60,441 nt of DNA from a virus (IMGVR_UViG_3300045283_000290:1-60441); one strand, 5' to 3'. Shown: positions 46,495 through 56,040, counted from the first letter of the stretch. Notes: a model not told the origin generated them from the sequence alone. Made by a program: numbers and translations.

Positions 46495-49400
46495 TCAGGT
46501 CGAGGCGACCGAGCCGCCCACGCCGGTCGAGGAGAACTTCCCCTCCGGGTCGCGCGGGTGTTTGCTCTCCTCCCACTTCGCCTCGTCGCCGGCGAGGCCC
46601 TCCGCGATCTTGCGGTCGCGGGCGCGGTTGAGGAAGTCGTCGAGCCGCTTCGCCGGCGCCAGGACGACGCCCTCGGTCTCATTGTCGTGCTGCGACGGGT
46701 CGCCGGCCTCGCGCTCCGCGTAGTAGTAGCGCGTCATCGACGTGTCGCCCTCGTGGTCGCCGGCGTGCCCCGTGATGCGCACCTTGAGCCCGCTCTCCTC
46801 GTACGCCTCCTTGATGGCGTTCGCCTGGAGCGAGAGCCCGGCGTCGACGCCGCCCTTCGGGAAGGTCGCCTCGTAGCCGCCGAAGCCGCCGCGCGGCTGC
46901 ACGAGCCAGATGCGCCCGTCGGCCTCGCGCACGATGACGCCCGAGGACGGTTTCTTGCCGGTCGGCACGGTAAACTCGGGCTCGTCGAGATCGATCTGGC
47001 CGTCGACGCCAGCCCAGTCCGACGGCGCGCGCCACGCCTTGAACGGAACGCCGTTTAGCTCCTTCACCGGCATGGCCTCGCCGGCCGGGACGACCATCGT
47101 GCCCGTCGGCTTCTTCGGGTCGCCCTCGGCGCCGAACCTGCGGGCGCGCTCGGCGATGTCGGCCTTCCGCTTGACCAGCTTCTCCGCCAGCTTGTCGTCG
47201 CCGCCCGCGGCCTTGACGGTCTCGCGGATTCGGTCGTCCGGGATCCCGGTGACGAGGCGCGCGCTCTCGCGGAGCTGCCCCGGCGTCATCTTGCCGAACA
47301 GGCCGGCCGAGTCGCCGTTGACCGCGGGGTCGCGCAGGCTGTCCAGCTCGCCGACGCTGTCGCCGAACGCCTTGCCCTTGGGACCGCCCTGCGCGCGGTA
47401 CTCCAGCGCGCCGCCGAGGTCGAGCGCCGTCGGCACGCCGCCCACGGTGCCGATGTTGTCGCCGCCGAGGCCGACCGCGTCCCAGTTGCCGAGCCAGGCG
47501 TGCACGGCGAACTCGCGCTGCGCCTCGCGCCGCTCCTCCTTCGAGAGCTTCGAGACGTTGTCCTTCGATAGTTTCGACATCTCGGTCGCGATCGAGCCGC
47601 CGCCCTCGACCGGGCGGTACTTGAGCGTGGGCGAGCCGGCCAGGCCGTAGAGCGCGGCCGCGACCATCTCATTTCTGACGTGCGCCGGTGACTTGCCCTT
47701 CTTGACGTAGAACCGCTTGCCGTCGGCATCCTCGAACACGCCGCCGGGGTTCGAGCCCATCTGCGCGCCGACCTTCGTGAGCTTGGACGCGTCGAGCGGC
47801 GCGCCGATGTTGCGGGGCCCGGCCGGCTTCGCCCACCCGACCGACGGGTGCGAGGCCGGGCCGTACGGTAGCCCGAGCTGCGGCGCGCGGAACGTGCCGC
47901 TGCCGCCGCCGCCGGTGATCTTGCCGGGAATCTTCAGGTGGGTCGGCGTGCCTCCGCCGGAGCCCGCGGTGAACTTGCCGCCGTCATCTCGGGGGTGCTC
48001 GGCCTCGCGGAACTCGTCGGCCGCCCCATCACGCGGGGCGTCGCGGCCGAAAGGGGTGACGTTCTCGCCACCGCCCTCCCCACCTTCGCCGCCTTCGCCG
48101 CCCCCGCCGCCGCCGCCGCCGCTCGCGCGCTTGCCGCCGGGCTCGAGGCCCGCATCTTCCTCCTCCTGGAGGTCCGGCACGTCGTCGACGTCGATGTCGG
48201 GGTAGCGGCTCTTAGGATCATCGGCGATCGCCTGGCGCTCCTCGACCTGGTCGATGACGCCGTCGCCGATGCGGATGCTCGCGGTCTCCGCGCGCATCTT
48301 CTCAAGCTCGGCCTCCTCCTTCTCGGACATCGCCTCGAGCGGCACGAACTCGTGCGTGATGTCGTCGTCGATCTCACCCCACAGCGAGAGGTTCATCACC
48401 CACCCGACGTAGTCGAGCTTCGGCGCGTACAGCTTGCCCTGGTAGGAGCCGATCGTCTCGTCGAACGCCCGCAGCTCGCCGTCGGACGTGGCGTTGAGGC
48501 CCTGCGGCTGCATGCCGGTGAACTTGACCGCCGGGATGCGCGCCACGCTCATGATGTCCTCGTGCGCCGAGGACTTCAGCTCGTGGAGCCCGGCGATCGG
48601 GTGCGCGACCGACTTGACGTCCTCCGATTCTTTGTTGGCGACGAACATGCCCTGGTTGTCGCGCATGATCGTGAACCCGGCGATGCGCGCGATAAGGTCG
48701 GCCGCACCGCCGCCGGGCGCCAGCAGCGTCGAGAGGTCGGTGAGCAGCACCATCGTGGCGTAGGACTGCACCAGGTCGGCGACGCTCTCGCGCGTGCGCA
48801 CCCAGATGTCGACGTACGGCTTCGCCATCTGAGTGAGCGAGAGGCCGCCGAACGAGTAGGCCGGCTTGAGCAGGTCGGGCACCGGGCGCCCGATGAACGT
48901 CGGGATGCGGGAGCGATGAATCTGCCTCCCCATCACGTACCAGACCTGCGGGTTGTACCAGTCGAGCGCGAGCGGATTGCTCGCGTTGTAGGTCATCGGA
49001 TAGACCCACATCGGCTCGATGTGCGCGACGCGCTTGAGCCAGTCGCGCCCGACCTTCGCCTTGAGGGCATCGCGCAGCTGCTCGCGGCTCAGTCCCGGCG
49101 GGACGAGCGGCTGCTTTAGTTCCTCGTCGTCGTCCTTGCCGTCGTCGAGGAACAGGTGGCTGCGCCCCATCAGCCCGTCGTAGAGCGCGGCGTCGCAGAA
49201 GCGGTCGACCAGCTGCAGGTGCTTCTCCATGTCCCGCAGCTCGCGAATCTTCGCGCTCTTGTCGTCGTCGCCGAGCTTCGTCGCCCGCGAGGCCGGGCCG
49301 TTCGGCTTGCGCTTCTCCGCGATGCGCGCCGCGGCCGCCTCGTCGCCCTTGTCGCGCTTCTTCTCGTCGTCCTCGCCGGTGCCCTTCCAGCGCCAGCCCT

Positions 49401-49863
49401 TGCGCGTCATCTCGGTCGCGATCGTCTCGCTGATGACGCGGAACTCCGGCCGCTGCGCCAGCTCAGAGAGCAGCGGGTAGCCGAGGAACATGAGCCCCTC
49501 GGATTCGACGGCGCCGAGCAGGCCGCCGGTCAGCCACTGCTGCTGCGCCCACGCGTTGTTCGCCACGAGCGCGCTGTCGCTCGCCATCCGGTGCTCGCGC
49601 GCCGGCATCGCGGCCTTCGGGTGGAGGAACTGCGTCGCGTACCTGCCCTCGATCCGGTAGGGGCACCAGTCCAGCGTGCGCTCGCGCTTCTTCGCCGCCG
49701 CCTGGCTGGCCTCGACCAGCGCGCCCATCTGCTCGATGCTGATGCGCGTCTTCGCCGGCGCGGGCTTCGGCTCGGCCGGCACGGTGGCGACGGGGGCCTT
49801 CCTCCGCGGCGGGCCTGCACCCTCGCGACGGCCGCCCCACCCACCCTTGCGCTTGTAGGCCAT
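46495..49863 (-). CDS. Portal protein (DUF1073) fused to kinase-like and Nudix domains
   Basis: Portal core: FLGYPLLSELAQRPEFR, IHRSR, G.QP.GLNATSDGE. Then GSNPGG...YVK...WLGNWDAVG..DN...LDLGG. Then Nudix box FPKGG...AIKEAYEESGL. Confidence 0.88.
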   Translation of the reverse strand: MAYKRKGGWGGRREGAGPPRRKAPVATVPAEPKPAPAKTRISIEQMGALVEASQAAAKKRERTLDWCPYRIEGRYATQFLHPKAAMPAREHRMASDSALVANNAWAQQQWLTGGLLGAVESEGLMFLGYPLLSELAQRPEFRVISETIATEMTRKGWRWKGTGEDDEKKRDKGDEAAAARIAEKRKPNGPASRATKLGDDDKSAKIRELRDMEKHLQLVDRFCDAALYDGLMGRSHLFLDDGKDDDEELKQPLVPPGLSREQLRDALKAKVGRDWLKRVAHIEPMWVYPMTYNASNPLALDWYNPQVWYVMGRQIHRSRIPTFIGRPVPDLLKPAYSFGGLSLTQMAKPYVDIWVRTRESVADLVQSYATMVLLTDLSTLLAPGGGAADLIARIAGFTIMRDNQGMFVANKESEDVKSVAHPIAGLHELKSSAHEDIMSVARIPAVKFTGMQPQGLNATSDGELRAFDETIGSYQGKLYAPKLDYVGWVMNLSLWGEIDDDITHEFVPLEAMSEKEEAELEKMRAETASIRIGDGVIDQVEERQAIADDPKSRYPDIDVDDVPDLQEEEDAGLEPGGKRASGGGGGGGGEGGEGGEGGGENVTPFGRDAPRDGAADEFREAEHPRDDGGKFTAGSGGGTPTHLKIPGKITGGGGSGTFRAPQLGLPYGPASHPSVGWAKPAGPRNIGAPLDASKLTKVGAQMGSNPGGVFEDADGKRFYVKKGKSPAHVRNEMVAAALYGLAGSPTLKYRPVEGGGSIATEMSKLSKDNVSKLSKEERREAQREFAVHAWLGNWDAVGLGGDNIGTVGGVPTALDLGGALEYRAQGGPKGKAFGDSVGELDSLRDPAVNGDSAGLFGKMTPGQLRESARLVTGIPDDRIRETVKAAGGDDKLAEKLVKRKADIAERARRFGAEGDPKKPTGTMVVPAGEAMPVKELNGVPFKAWRAPSDWAGVDGQIDLDEPEFTVPTGKKPSSGVIVREADGRIWLVQPRGGFGGYEATFPKGGVDAGLSLQANAIKEAYEESGLKVRITGHAGDHEGDTSMTRYYYAEREAGDPSQHDNETEGVVLAPAKRLDDFLNRARDRKIAEGLAGDEAKWEESKHPRDPEGKFSSTGVGGSVAST

Positions 49864-50350
49864 CAGCGCAGCCCCCGGAGAACCGCCAGCGCGGTGTTGA
49901 GCGCGCGCCTGACCGAGATGCCGTCGCTCTTGCCGCGGCGCTCAGCGAGGCACCTGTGGCCCTCCAGGCAGGCATTGACGTCGGGGTTTAGCGCGAGCCA
50001 CGCCCGCCGCTCGTTCGTGAGGCGGTCGAGCCGGCACGCCTGGCCGGTGCGCACCGCCATAAACTCGTCGGGCAGGAGGTGGCCCTTCTCGTTGTTGCAG
50101 GTCGCGCAGCAGATGACGATGTTCTCGATGGCGTCGCTCCCGCCGCGGGCCTGCGGAATCCGGTGGTCGCGCGTCGGCGCGCGCGGCGTGTTGACGCCGC
50201 GGCTCATCGGGTGGCCGCACCACGGGCACGGCTTGCCCAGGAACCGCAGGAGGTAGCCACCTCCCTCCATCGTGAAGCGCTCGCGCTCGCGCGCCCCGAT
50301 CGGCCGCATGCGCAGCGCGGTCCCGGCGATCTGCTCCGGCAACACCTGCA
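49863..50350 (-). CDS. HNH endonuclease
   Basis: CPWCG...TRDHRIPQARGG....NIVICCATCNNEKG. Confidence 0.88.
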
Positions 50351-50369
50351 TCGCCCCTTCCCTCCGGGA

Positions 50370-50396
50370 ATCAACTTGATTAGTAATCAAGTTGAT
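50370..50396. promoter_or_regulatory. Perfect 13-1-13 inverted repeat, candidate operator
   Basis: ATCAACTTGATTA-G-TAATCAAGTTGAT, AT-rich, between divergent genes. Confidence 0.65.
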
Positions 50397-50424
50397 CTAA
50401 CCTGCCAGCCGCCAGGAGCACAAG

Positions 50425-50751
50425 ATGTCCGAGACCAACGGATCAAAGCCGCCGGAGCCGCCAGCGGAAGGCCGCCCGCTCTCCCCGACCGAGAGCTACA
50501 TGCGCCAGCACCTCGGCGTGATCATGTGCGGGATGAACGCCACGAACCCGCTGGTTCCGGCGCCAGTGCTGGTCGAGGAGGCCGCGCGCGCCATGGGCTT
50601 CGCTCTCGCGGCCCTCCTCATCACCACGCCCGAGGACCGCGGCAAGCTCTACCAGGCCATGCGCCGGGGCTTCCGCGACGGGATGGACGAGGCGCCGCGG
50701 CTCGAGCCGCTGGTGGCGCCGGCGACCGCCGACACGGCGGTGAAGGCGTGA
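50425..50751 (+). CDS. Hypothetical protein (counter-oriented moron-like)
   Basis: AGGAG RBS. Confidence 0.6.
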   Translation: MSETNGSKPPEPPAEGRPLSPTESYMRQHLGVIMCGMNATNPLVPAPVLVEEAARAMGFALAALLITTPEDRGKLYQAMRRGFRDGMDEAPRLEPLVAPATADTAVKA

Positions 50752-50899
50752 CGGTCGATTGGACGCGCTGGTGCGAGGGGCCGGAGACGCAGGCGCGGCT
50801 GAGGGCCGAGTACCTGGAGACGATCGCCAAGGAGCGCGATGCCGCAGCCGCCCGGTGGAAGCGGATGACGCCCGCGCAGCAGGCCGCATGGCCGCGGGT

Positions 50900-52597
50900 C
50901 TAGCGCCGGCGACGCCCCGCGGCCGCGAGCGCCTGGACCACGTCGGGCGTGAACGCGGCGGGCCCGGCCTCCACCCTGGCGAACCGCATCATGCAGCCGT
51001 CGGCGAGGTTCGGCGACGGCATGCCCTCGGGCGCCTTGTCGATGACGACCTTCCCCACGCCGTTCGTCGCGTAGGTCGCCTGCGATAGCTCGCGCTCCAG
51101 CTTGTCGAGGTTCGGCATGTCGGGGTCGAGGTCGATGATGTCGTCGGGCTCGCACGCCTGGCCCTTCTCGATCCACAGCCACGTCCGGTGGAAGCGACGG
51201 CGCAGGTCCATCCAGCCCTGCGCCTTGGCGTTCTGATAGTAGTCCTTGTTGAGCCGCCCGCCCTCGCCCTCGCGCCCCTTCGTCCCCTCGACGATGCCCT
51301 CGGGGTCTACGACGGCGCCGGATGCGCGCCAGCCGATGACGCGGTGCGTCTTGACCTTCTCCGCCCTCCGCCGGTCGTTGATCACGCGGGCATCGCCGCG
51401 CACCAGGGCGCCGAGGCCGTCGGCGTCGTAGCGCCACTCGTCGAAGCCGTGCTCGTCGGCGAGCGCGAACGCCCGCTCCACGGTGGCGAACGTGTCGGAA
51501 CCCTTGCCGCTCCACTCCTCGGCGACGCTGACCGTCGTGCCCTGGCCGCCGACGAAGGCGTTCGCGTCCTTGCCCTCGTCCGCGACGTCGAGCGCGGCGA
51601 GCTTGCGGCCGGACGGCGCGATGCCGAGCCGGCGCTTCGCCCCGATCGCCGCGCGCACCCACGTCCCGGGGATGACGATGCCGGCGACCGACGCCGATCG
51701 GTCGCGGTCGATCTCCTGCGCGACGACCACGGGGTCGAGGTCGCGCTGCTGGCGCTTGTACCACTCGTCGTCCTTGCGGGGGTCGTGGCGCCAGTCGAAG
51801 ACGAACGTCTTGACGCGCTTCTTGATGATCCGCTGCGCCGTCGGGTTCGCGCTGCCGTTGACCGAGGAGATGTCGATGCGGCAGTTCGTCGTCTGCGAGA
51901 GCGCGAAGTCGACGAGGTCCGGCCGCTCCAGGTACTCGGCCTCGTCCACGAAGTAGATCGACGTGCGGTCGCCGCGCCCGAGCTGGTCGCCGGCCTCCCC
52001 GGTGATGATCGAGCCGCTCTGCGGGAAGTTGATCCGCATGAAGGGCGCGTCGCGCCACGGCGTCCAGCCGCCGCGGAACTCCTCGGGCAGGTTCGTCATG
52101 AAGAGCCGCGCCTTCGGCAGGATCGGCTTGAACGTGCCGATCTTGTCGACGTACTCCTCCTTGCGGGAGCCGAAGCCCACCGCCATGCCCTCGAAGAATA
52201 GGCAGGCCGTGCAGGCGAACGCGACCGCCTCCCACGTGACGCCGCACTCGCGCGCCTTCTCCGTCGCGCCTGGCTCGCGCGAGCGCCAGCGCTCCCACAC
52301 CCAGTGAATCCACTCCCGCTGCTTCTCGAACAGCACGAACGGGACGATCGCCGGCAGGCCGATCTCGGGATTGCGCGGGTCGTAGGTGACGCCCCAGTCG
52401 CTGATGAAGTCGCAGATGCCGGCCGGCCCGGCCTTGTAGTACGCGCGGATGGAGGGGAGGTCCTCGGGGTGCGCGCGGATGTCGTCCAGCGCGGCGAGCC
52501 GCTGCGAGAAGATCGCGGCGTAGTCCGGGTTCTTGAAGTCGACGCGGTGGCGAGGCGCGAAGCTGACCGTCGGCGCCGCGAGCGCTCGGGCACTCAT
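50900..52597 (-). CDS. terL: Terminase large subunit
   Basis: EKARECGVTW Walker A-like, FVDEAE Walker B, ALDVADEG.D and SPNLADG nuclease motifs. Confidence 0.92.
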   Translation of the reverse strand: MSARALAAPTVSFAPRHRVDFKNPDYAAIFSQRLAALDDIRAHPEDLPSIRAYYKAGPAGICDFISDWGVTYDPRNPEIGLPAIVPFVLFEKQREWIHWVWERWRSREPGATEKARECGVTWEAVAFACTACLFFEGMAVGFGSRKEEYVDKIGTFKPILPKARLFMTNLPEEFRGGWTPWRDAPFMRINFPQSGSIITGEAGDQLGRGDRTSIYFVDEAEYLERPDLVDFALSQTTNCRIDISSVNGSANPTAQRIIKKRVKTFVFDWRHDPRKDDEWYKRQQRDLDPVVVAQEIDRDRSASVAGIVIPGTWVRAAIGAKRRLGIAPSGRKLAALDVADEGKDANAFVGGQGTTVSVAEEWSGKGSDTFATVERAFALADEHGFDEWRYDADGLGALVRGDARVINDRRRAEKVKTHRVIGWRASGAVVDPEGIVEGTKGREGEGGRLNKDYYQNAKAQGWMDLRRRFHRTWLWIEKGQACEPDDIIDLDPDMPNLDKLERELSQATYATNGVGKVVIDKAPEGMPSPNLADGCMMRFARVEAGPAAFTPDVVQALAAAGRRRR

Positions 52598-52817
52598 CGC
52601 AATAGCCCGGCGAGCGGGTGCCCCGCACGCACTCGACCGAAGCGCACCCACCTGCGGGCCGCCAGCTCGCACAGGGGCGCCGTGAGCGCGATTCCGTTGG
52701 CGCAGCCCGTGTGGGTCGCGCGCATCTTGCAACCGCACCAGCAACGGCGCCGCGTTTTGACCGGCAGCATGTAGCGCGGGTGCTCGACCGCCGACGCTCT
52801 TCGACCCCACTCGCTCA
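52594..52817 (-). CDS. Small Cys-rich protein
   Basis: RRCWCGC..RATH.G.ANG.AL...C. Confidence 0.45.
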
Positions 52818-53300
52818 CGTCAGTCCCTCGCGCCGCGGCCGTGCAGATAGAGCACGTCGGACATCTCGCGCGCGGTGAGCGGGAAGGCACCGGAACGTTC
52901 CCGCCTCTCCTCGACGCTAATGCTGTACTGCGGTGCAGGTACGCAAGCTGCGAGCGCGCATCGCGATTGCGCCTCATCATGGACTCCTCAGGGCTGTCAG
53001 GAGAGCGTTTCGTTCAGCGATCTTGCGCTCTGCGTCGGAATTGCCGGCGCCAAGGTTGACGCGACGATAACAGGTCCAGCAACAGACTTGTCCGCGTCCC
53101 TTTGATCCCGAGCAAAGCGGGCAGGTATCGTCCGCTCGGACTGCGGGGTTGTCTTCCATGTCATGCCCTCGCGTGGATGATCGCCGGGCGCGCCCATCTA
53201 CGCTGGAAGGCGCGCCACTCGAGAAGGTCGGGAGGTCCGAACCGCGCCAGCGCGTCGTCGGGCGTCGCCTTCGTCTTGCGCGGGAAGACGCGGATGATCC

Positions 53301-53756
53301 TCATCGCACCGCCTGCACGCGCCGCTGATAGATGCGCGAGAGTTCCTCGGCGTCGTGCAGCGCCACGACCTTCTCGCCGTCGATCATGCGCGGGTCCGGC
53401 GGCAGCGGCGGCGGGACGACCGCGATCGCCTTGAGCTTCGGGCTCTGGTACTCGGCGAGCTTGGCCGCCGTGTCGACCGCGAGGCGCGCGTACTTCTCGA
53501 ACTTCGCGTCGTCGGGCGTGCGGCCGGGCGCCGACACCACCCCGGGCGGGAGCGGCTGGTAGGCCGCCGCCATCCCGGCGAACAGCTCCATGAAGTCGTG
53601 GAGGACCTGCTTGCCGAGCTTCTCGGGCTTGCCGCCGGTGAGCATCTGCTCGGCGATGCGCGCCTTCTCCTCGCGCTCGATCGTGAGCTTGTTGCGGGAG
53701 CCGCGGGGTCGGCCGCCGGGGTGCTTCGGCTTGGTCGTCGTGGGGAGCGGCGTCAT
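53301..53756 (-). CDS. Terminase small subunit-like protein
   Basis: GGRPRGSRNKLT...AA.KLA.YQSPKL.AI; upstream of terL. Confidence 0.7.
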   Translation of the reverse strand: MTPLPTTTKPKHPGGRPRGSRNKLTIEREEKARIAEQMLTGGKPEKLGKQVLHDFMELFAGMAAAYQPLPPGVVSAPGRTPDDAKFEKYARLAVDTAAKLAEYQSPKLKAIAVVPPPLPPDPRMIDGEKVVALHDAEELSRIYQRRVQAVR

Positions 53757-53795
53757 GGAGAGTATTTTACTGCGGAAACTCGGCGGGCGCCAAGC

Positions 53796-54443
53796 TCAGC
53801 GCATGCGGACGCGCCCCACGCGCCCGTGGTCCCGACCTTTCAATTCAGCGGGCGCGTCGAAGCGGAAGGCATACTTGTCCACGATCTCGATCGCGAGGCG
53901 GCGCACGCGCGCGGCGTCGCCGACCTCGATGGTCTTCGCGTCGTGCTGGCGCAGGCGGTTCTCGAGCATGCGCTCGATCGGGCGCGCGGGATCCGTGCTC
54001 TTGAAGCGCGCGGCAATGTCGACGAGCGTCTCGCGGATGATCTTGCCGGCCTCGACGGTCTGCTCGGCCTGGGCGATCTCGTTGACCATCTGCAGGCGGA
54101 ACTCGGACAGGAGGTCGCGGCGGCGCGGGTCGTCGGCCGGGTCCAGGTTCGTGATGTATTTGTTGAGCGCCGTCTCGACGAACGCCTGGATGATGCCGAG
54201 AGCGGCCGCGCGGTCCGCGTTCTCGGTGGGCTCGTCGCCCATGGCGCCGGTCGCGTCGTAGCGGGCGCGCAGGTTGGGGTCTGAGAGGACGACGAGCGCG
54301 CGGCTCGTGCGGTTGAACGCGTCGACCGAGCCGCCGGCGTCGGGGTGCGTCTTCTTGCGGCGACGCTTGCCGGCGCGCTTGATCTCCTCGGTGGAGGCGT
54401 CGCGCGGCAAGCCGAGTTCCTCGTAAGGGTCGAAGGTCGTCAT
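53796..54443 (-). CDS. J-domain (DnaJ-like) protein
   Basis: DPYEELGL...EIKRA...THPD.GG...LSDP..RARYD. Confidence 0.88.
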   Translation of the reverse strand: MTTFDPYEELGLPRDASTEEIKRAGKRRRKKTHPDAGGSVDAFNRTSRALVVLSDPNLRARYDATGAMGDEPTENADRAAALGIIQAFVETALNKYITNLDPADDPRRRDLLSEFRLQMVNEIAQAEQTVEAGKIIRETLVDIAARFKSTDPARPIERMLENRLRQHDAKTIEVGDAARVRRLAIEIVDKYAFRFDAPAELKGRDHGRVGRVRMR

Positions 54444-55017
54444 TGCCTGTTTATGGTCACAAGGGCCGCATTGACGTCTGTGCCGGATTTCTTGAAGGAG
54501 CCCGGTGGCAGCGCCTCGATGGCCCCGCCGTTGTGAGAGGCCAGCGATCGAACGATCTGATAGTCCGTCGTCTCGCGGAATGTCACCGCAGCCGACATAA
54601 TCGCCACGAGATGACCGCCCTCGTCGAGGAAATTGACGGCGTGCAGCACGTGGCGCGCATCGGCCATCTTCGCGAACGGCGGATTCATGAGCACGCGATC
54701 GAAGCGGCCTATATCGCCCGGACTGGCCGCCAGGAAGTCGACCTCGCCCCACAGCCGGCCGCCGCCGAGGTCGATCGACTTCATCACGACCGCACTCCCC
54801 GGGTAAAGCTCGATAGCATCGACCTGGACGTCGGCCTCCGCTCGGGCGGCGAGGACCAGCGCGCCGTGCCCGGCACTCGGCTCCAGCACTCGCATGCCTG
54901 CCCGAAGGTCTGCGAGTTTAGCTGCGCGGCGCGCGAGGTCCGGCGGCGTGAAAAACACACCGAACTCTCGCTTGGCGTCCGTCACAATGCCGGTAAGCAG
55001 AATGGGATCAATGGCGC

Positions 55018-55310
55018 CATGCTTATCCGGTTTAGACACACAGCCCTACATCTTGTGTCTAGGCTGATTTCTTTGCAGCGGGCGCCGCGCGCTTGGCCGC
55101 TTCGAGAAATAGCGAGATGTCGTTGAGATGCCCGAAAAACTCTGCCTGCTTGGACTTAGGCAGCGCTTTGAACAACTCTTCGACCGCTTTCATGGTCTCT
55201 GTCGCCTCTTCCTTGGTAAATTCGCCCTGTGCCATCGTCACTCTCCTTTGGTTGATGATCACAACATCTAGTAGGTCTCAGCGTTTGTGTGTGTTAACCG
55301 GATAAGCATG
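55018..55310 (-). mobile_element. Non-autonomous IS1595 (ISSod11-type) cargo cassette E2, 293 bp
   Basis: TIRs CATGCTTATCCGGTT.A.ACACACA (23/25 match). 8-bp TSD AATGGCGC (55010-55017, 55311-55318). Confidence 0.95.
55059..55235 (-). CDS. 58-aa helical cargo protein of E2
   Basis: AAAGGAGAG RBS; MAQGEFTKEEATETMKAVEELFKALPKSKQAEFFGHLNDISLFLEAAKRAAPAAKKSA fills the cassette. Confidence 0.75.
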   Translation of the reverse strand: MAQGEFTKEEATETMKAVEELFKALPKSKQAEFFGHLNDISLFLEAAKRAAPAAKKSA

Positions 55311-55487
55311 AATGGCGCCGGCCGCGTCGTCCGGGAAGACATGCCCACTCCTCTTGCGGTCCCACTTGCCGCCCGCAGCATGGAGCACCTTGTCGACCGC
55401 GAGATAGGGGAACGCGATAGCTGCTCCGGCAATCGCAGCAGGTCTCCCTCGCAGGAGGATCGGTCGAGGACGCGCAACGTCGATTCG

Positions 55488-55839
55488 TCAACGCGCATCC
55501 TGCTTCTCCTCCGCGGGCGGCTCGACCTTCTCCGGCTTCCAGCCCTCGTCGCCGGGCAGGATCATCCGCATGCCCATGTCGCGCGCCAGCTCCCAGTCGA
55601 ACTCGCGGCCCATGTTGCCGACGATGGTGACGGCGATGCGCTCCTGGACGGCGCGGTTGAGGATCGGCCCGCACTCCTTGCCCCTCGTAGGGACCGAAGC
55701 GGAACGCGAAGGCGCCGCGGCCGACGACTATCCACCACTCCGTCGCGCGGCCGAGCGCGGCGTAGGTCTTGTCGAGTTCGCCCTCGCCGACGTGCATCTC
55801 CTTCGGCTCGCGGAAGGGTTTCGATTCCTGCTCGCTCAC
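55488..55839 (-). pseudogene. Hypothetical protein with apparent frameshift near 55682
   Basis: MSEQESKPF...GPYEG continues as KECGPILNRAVQERI...EKQDAR* across a GGGG run. Confidence 0.5.
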
Positions 55840-56040
55840 TTTGTTTGCTCCCGAAAATGAAAGGAGCCCGGCCCGCCGGCGTCCGTGCTCCCTGAGTTTT
55901 GCTGATGCTGTCGGAGGCTGTCGCCGCTCGGGCCAGGCGAATCGCAGCATAGGGGAAATCGGTCCCCGGCGTCCAGTGGACAACCTCGGGTCCAGGACGG
56001 TAAGTTGCCTGTGGAAAACTCGGAAAGGCGGGGGAACCAA

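Larger units (their letters stand above)
54440..55498 (-). pseudogene. N6-adenine DNA methyltransferase copy 2, split by cassette 55018-55310, plus a 1-bp frameshift near 55408
   Basis: About 80% aa identical to copy 1 by manual alignment; VLEPSAGHG and NPPF motifs. Excision restores DDAAGAI-DPILLTG. Confidence 0.9.

Noticed and set aside
46495-49863. Calling the DUF1073 protein an anti-CBASS Acb1 nuclease
   Set aside because: Its position between terL and MuF and its motifs indicate a portal; I see no paired HxT/S 2H-phosphoesterase motifs.
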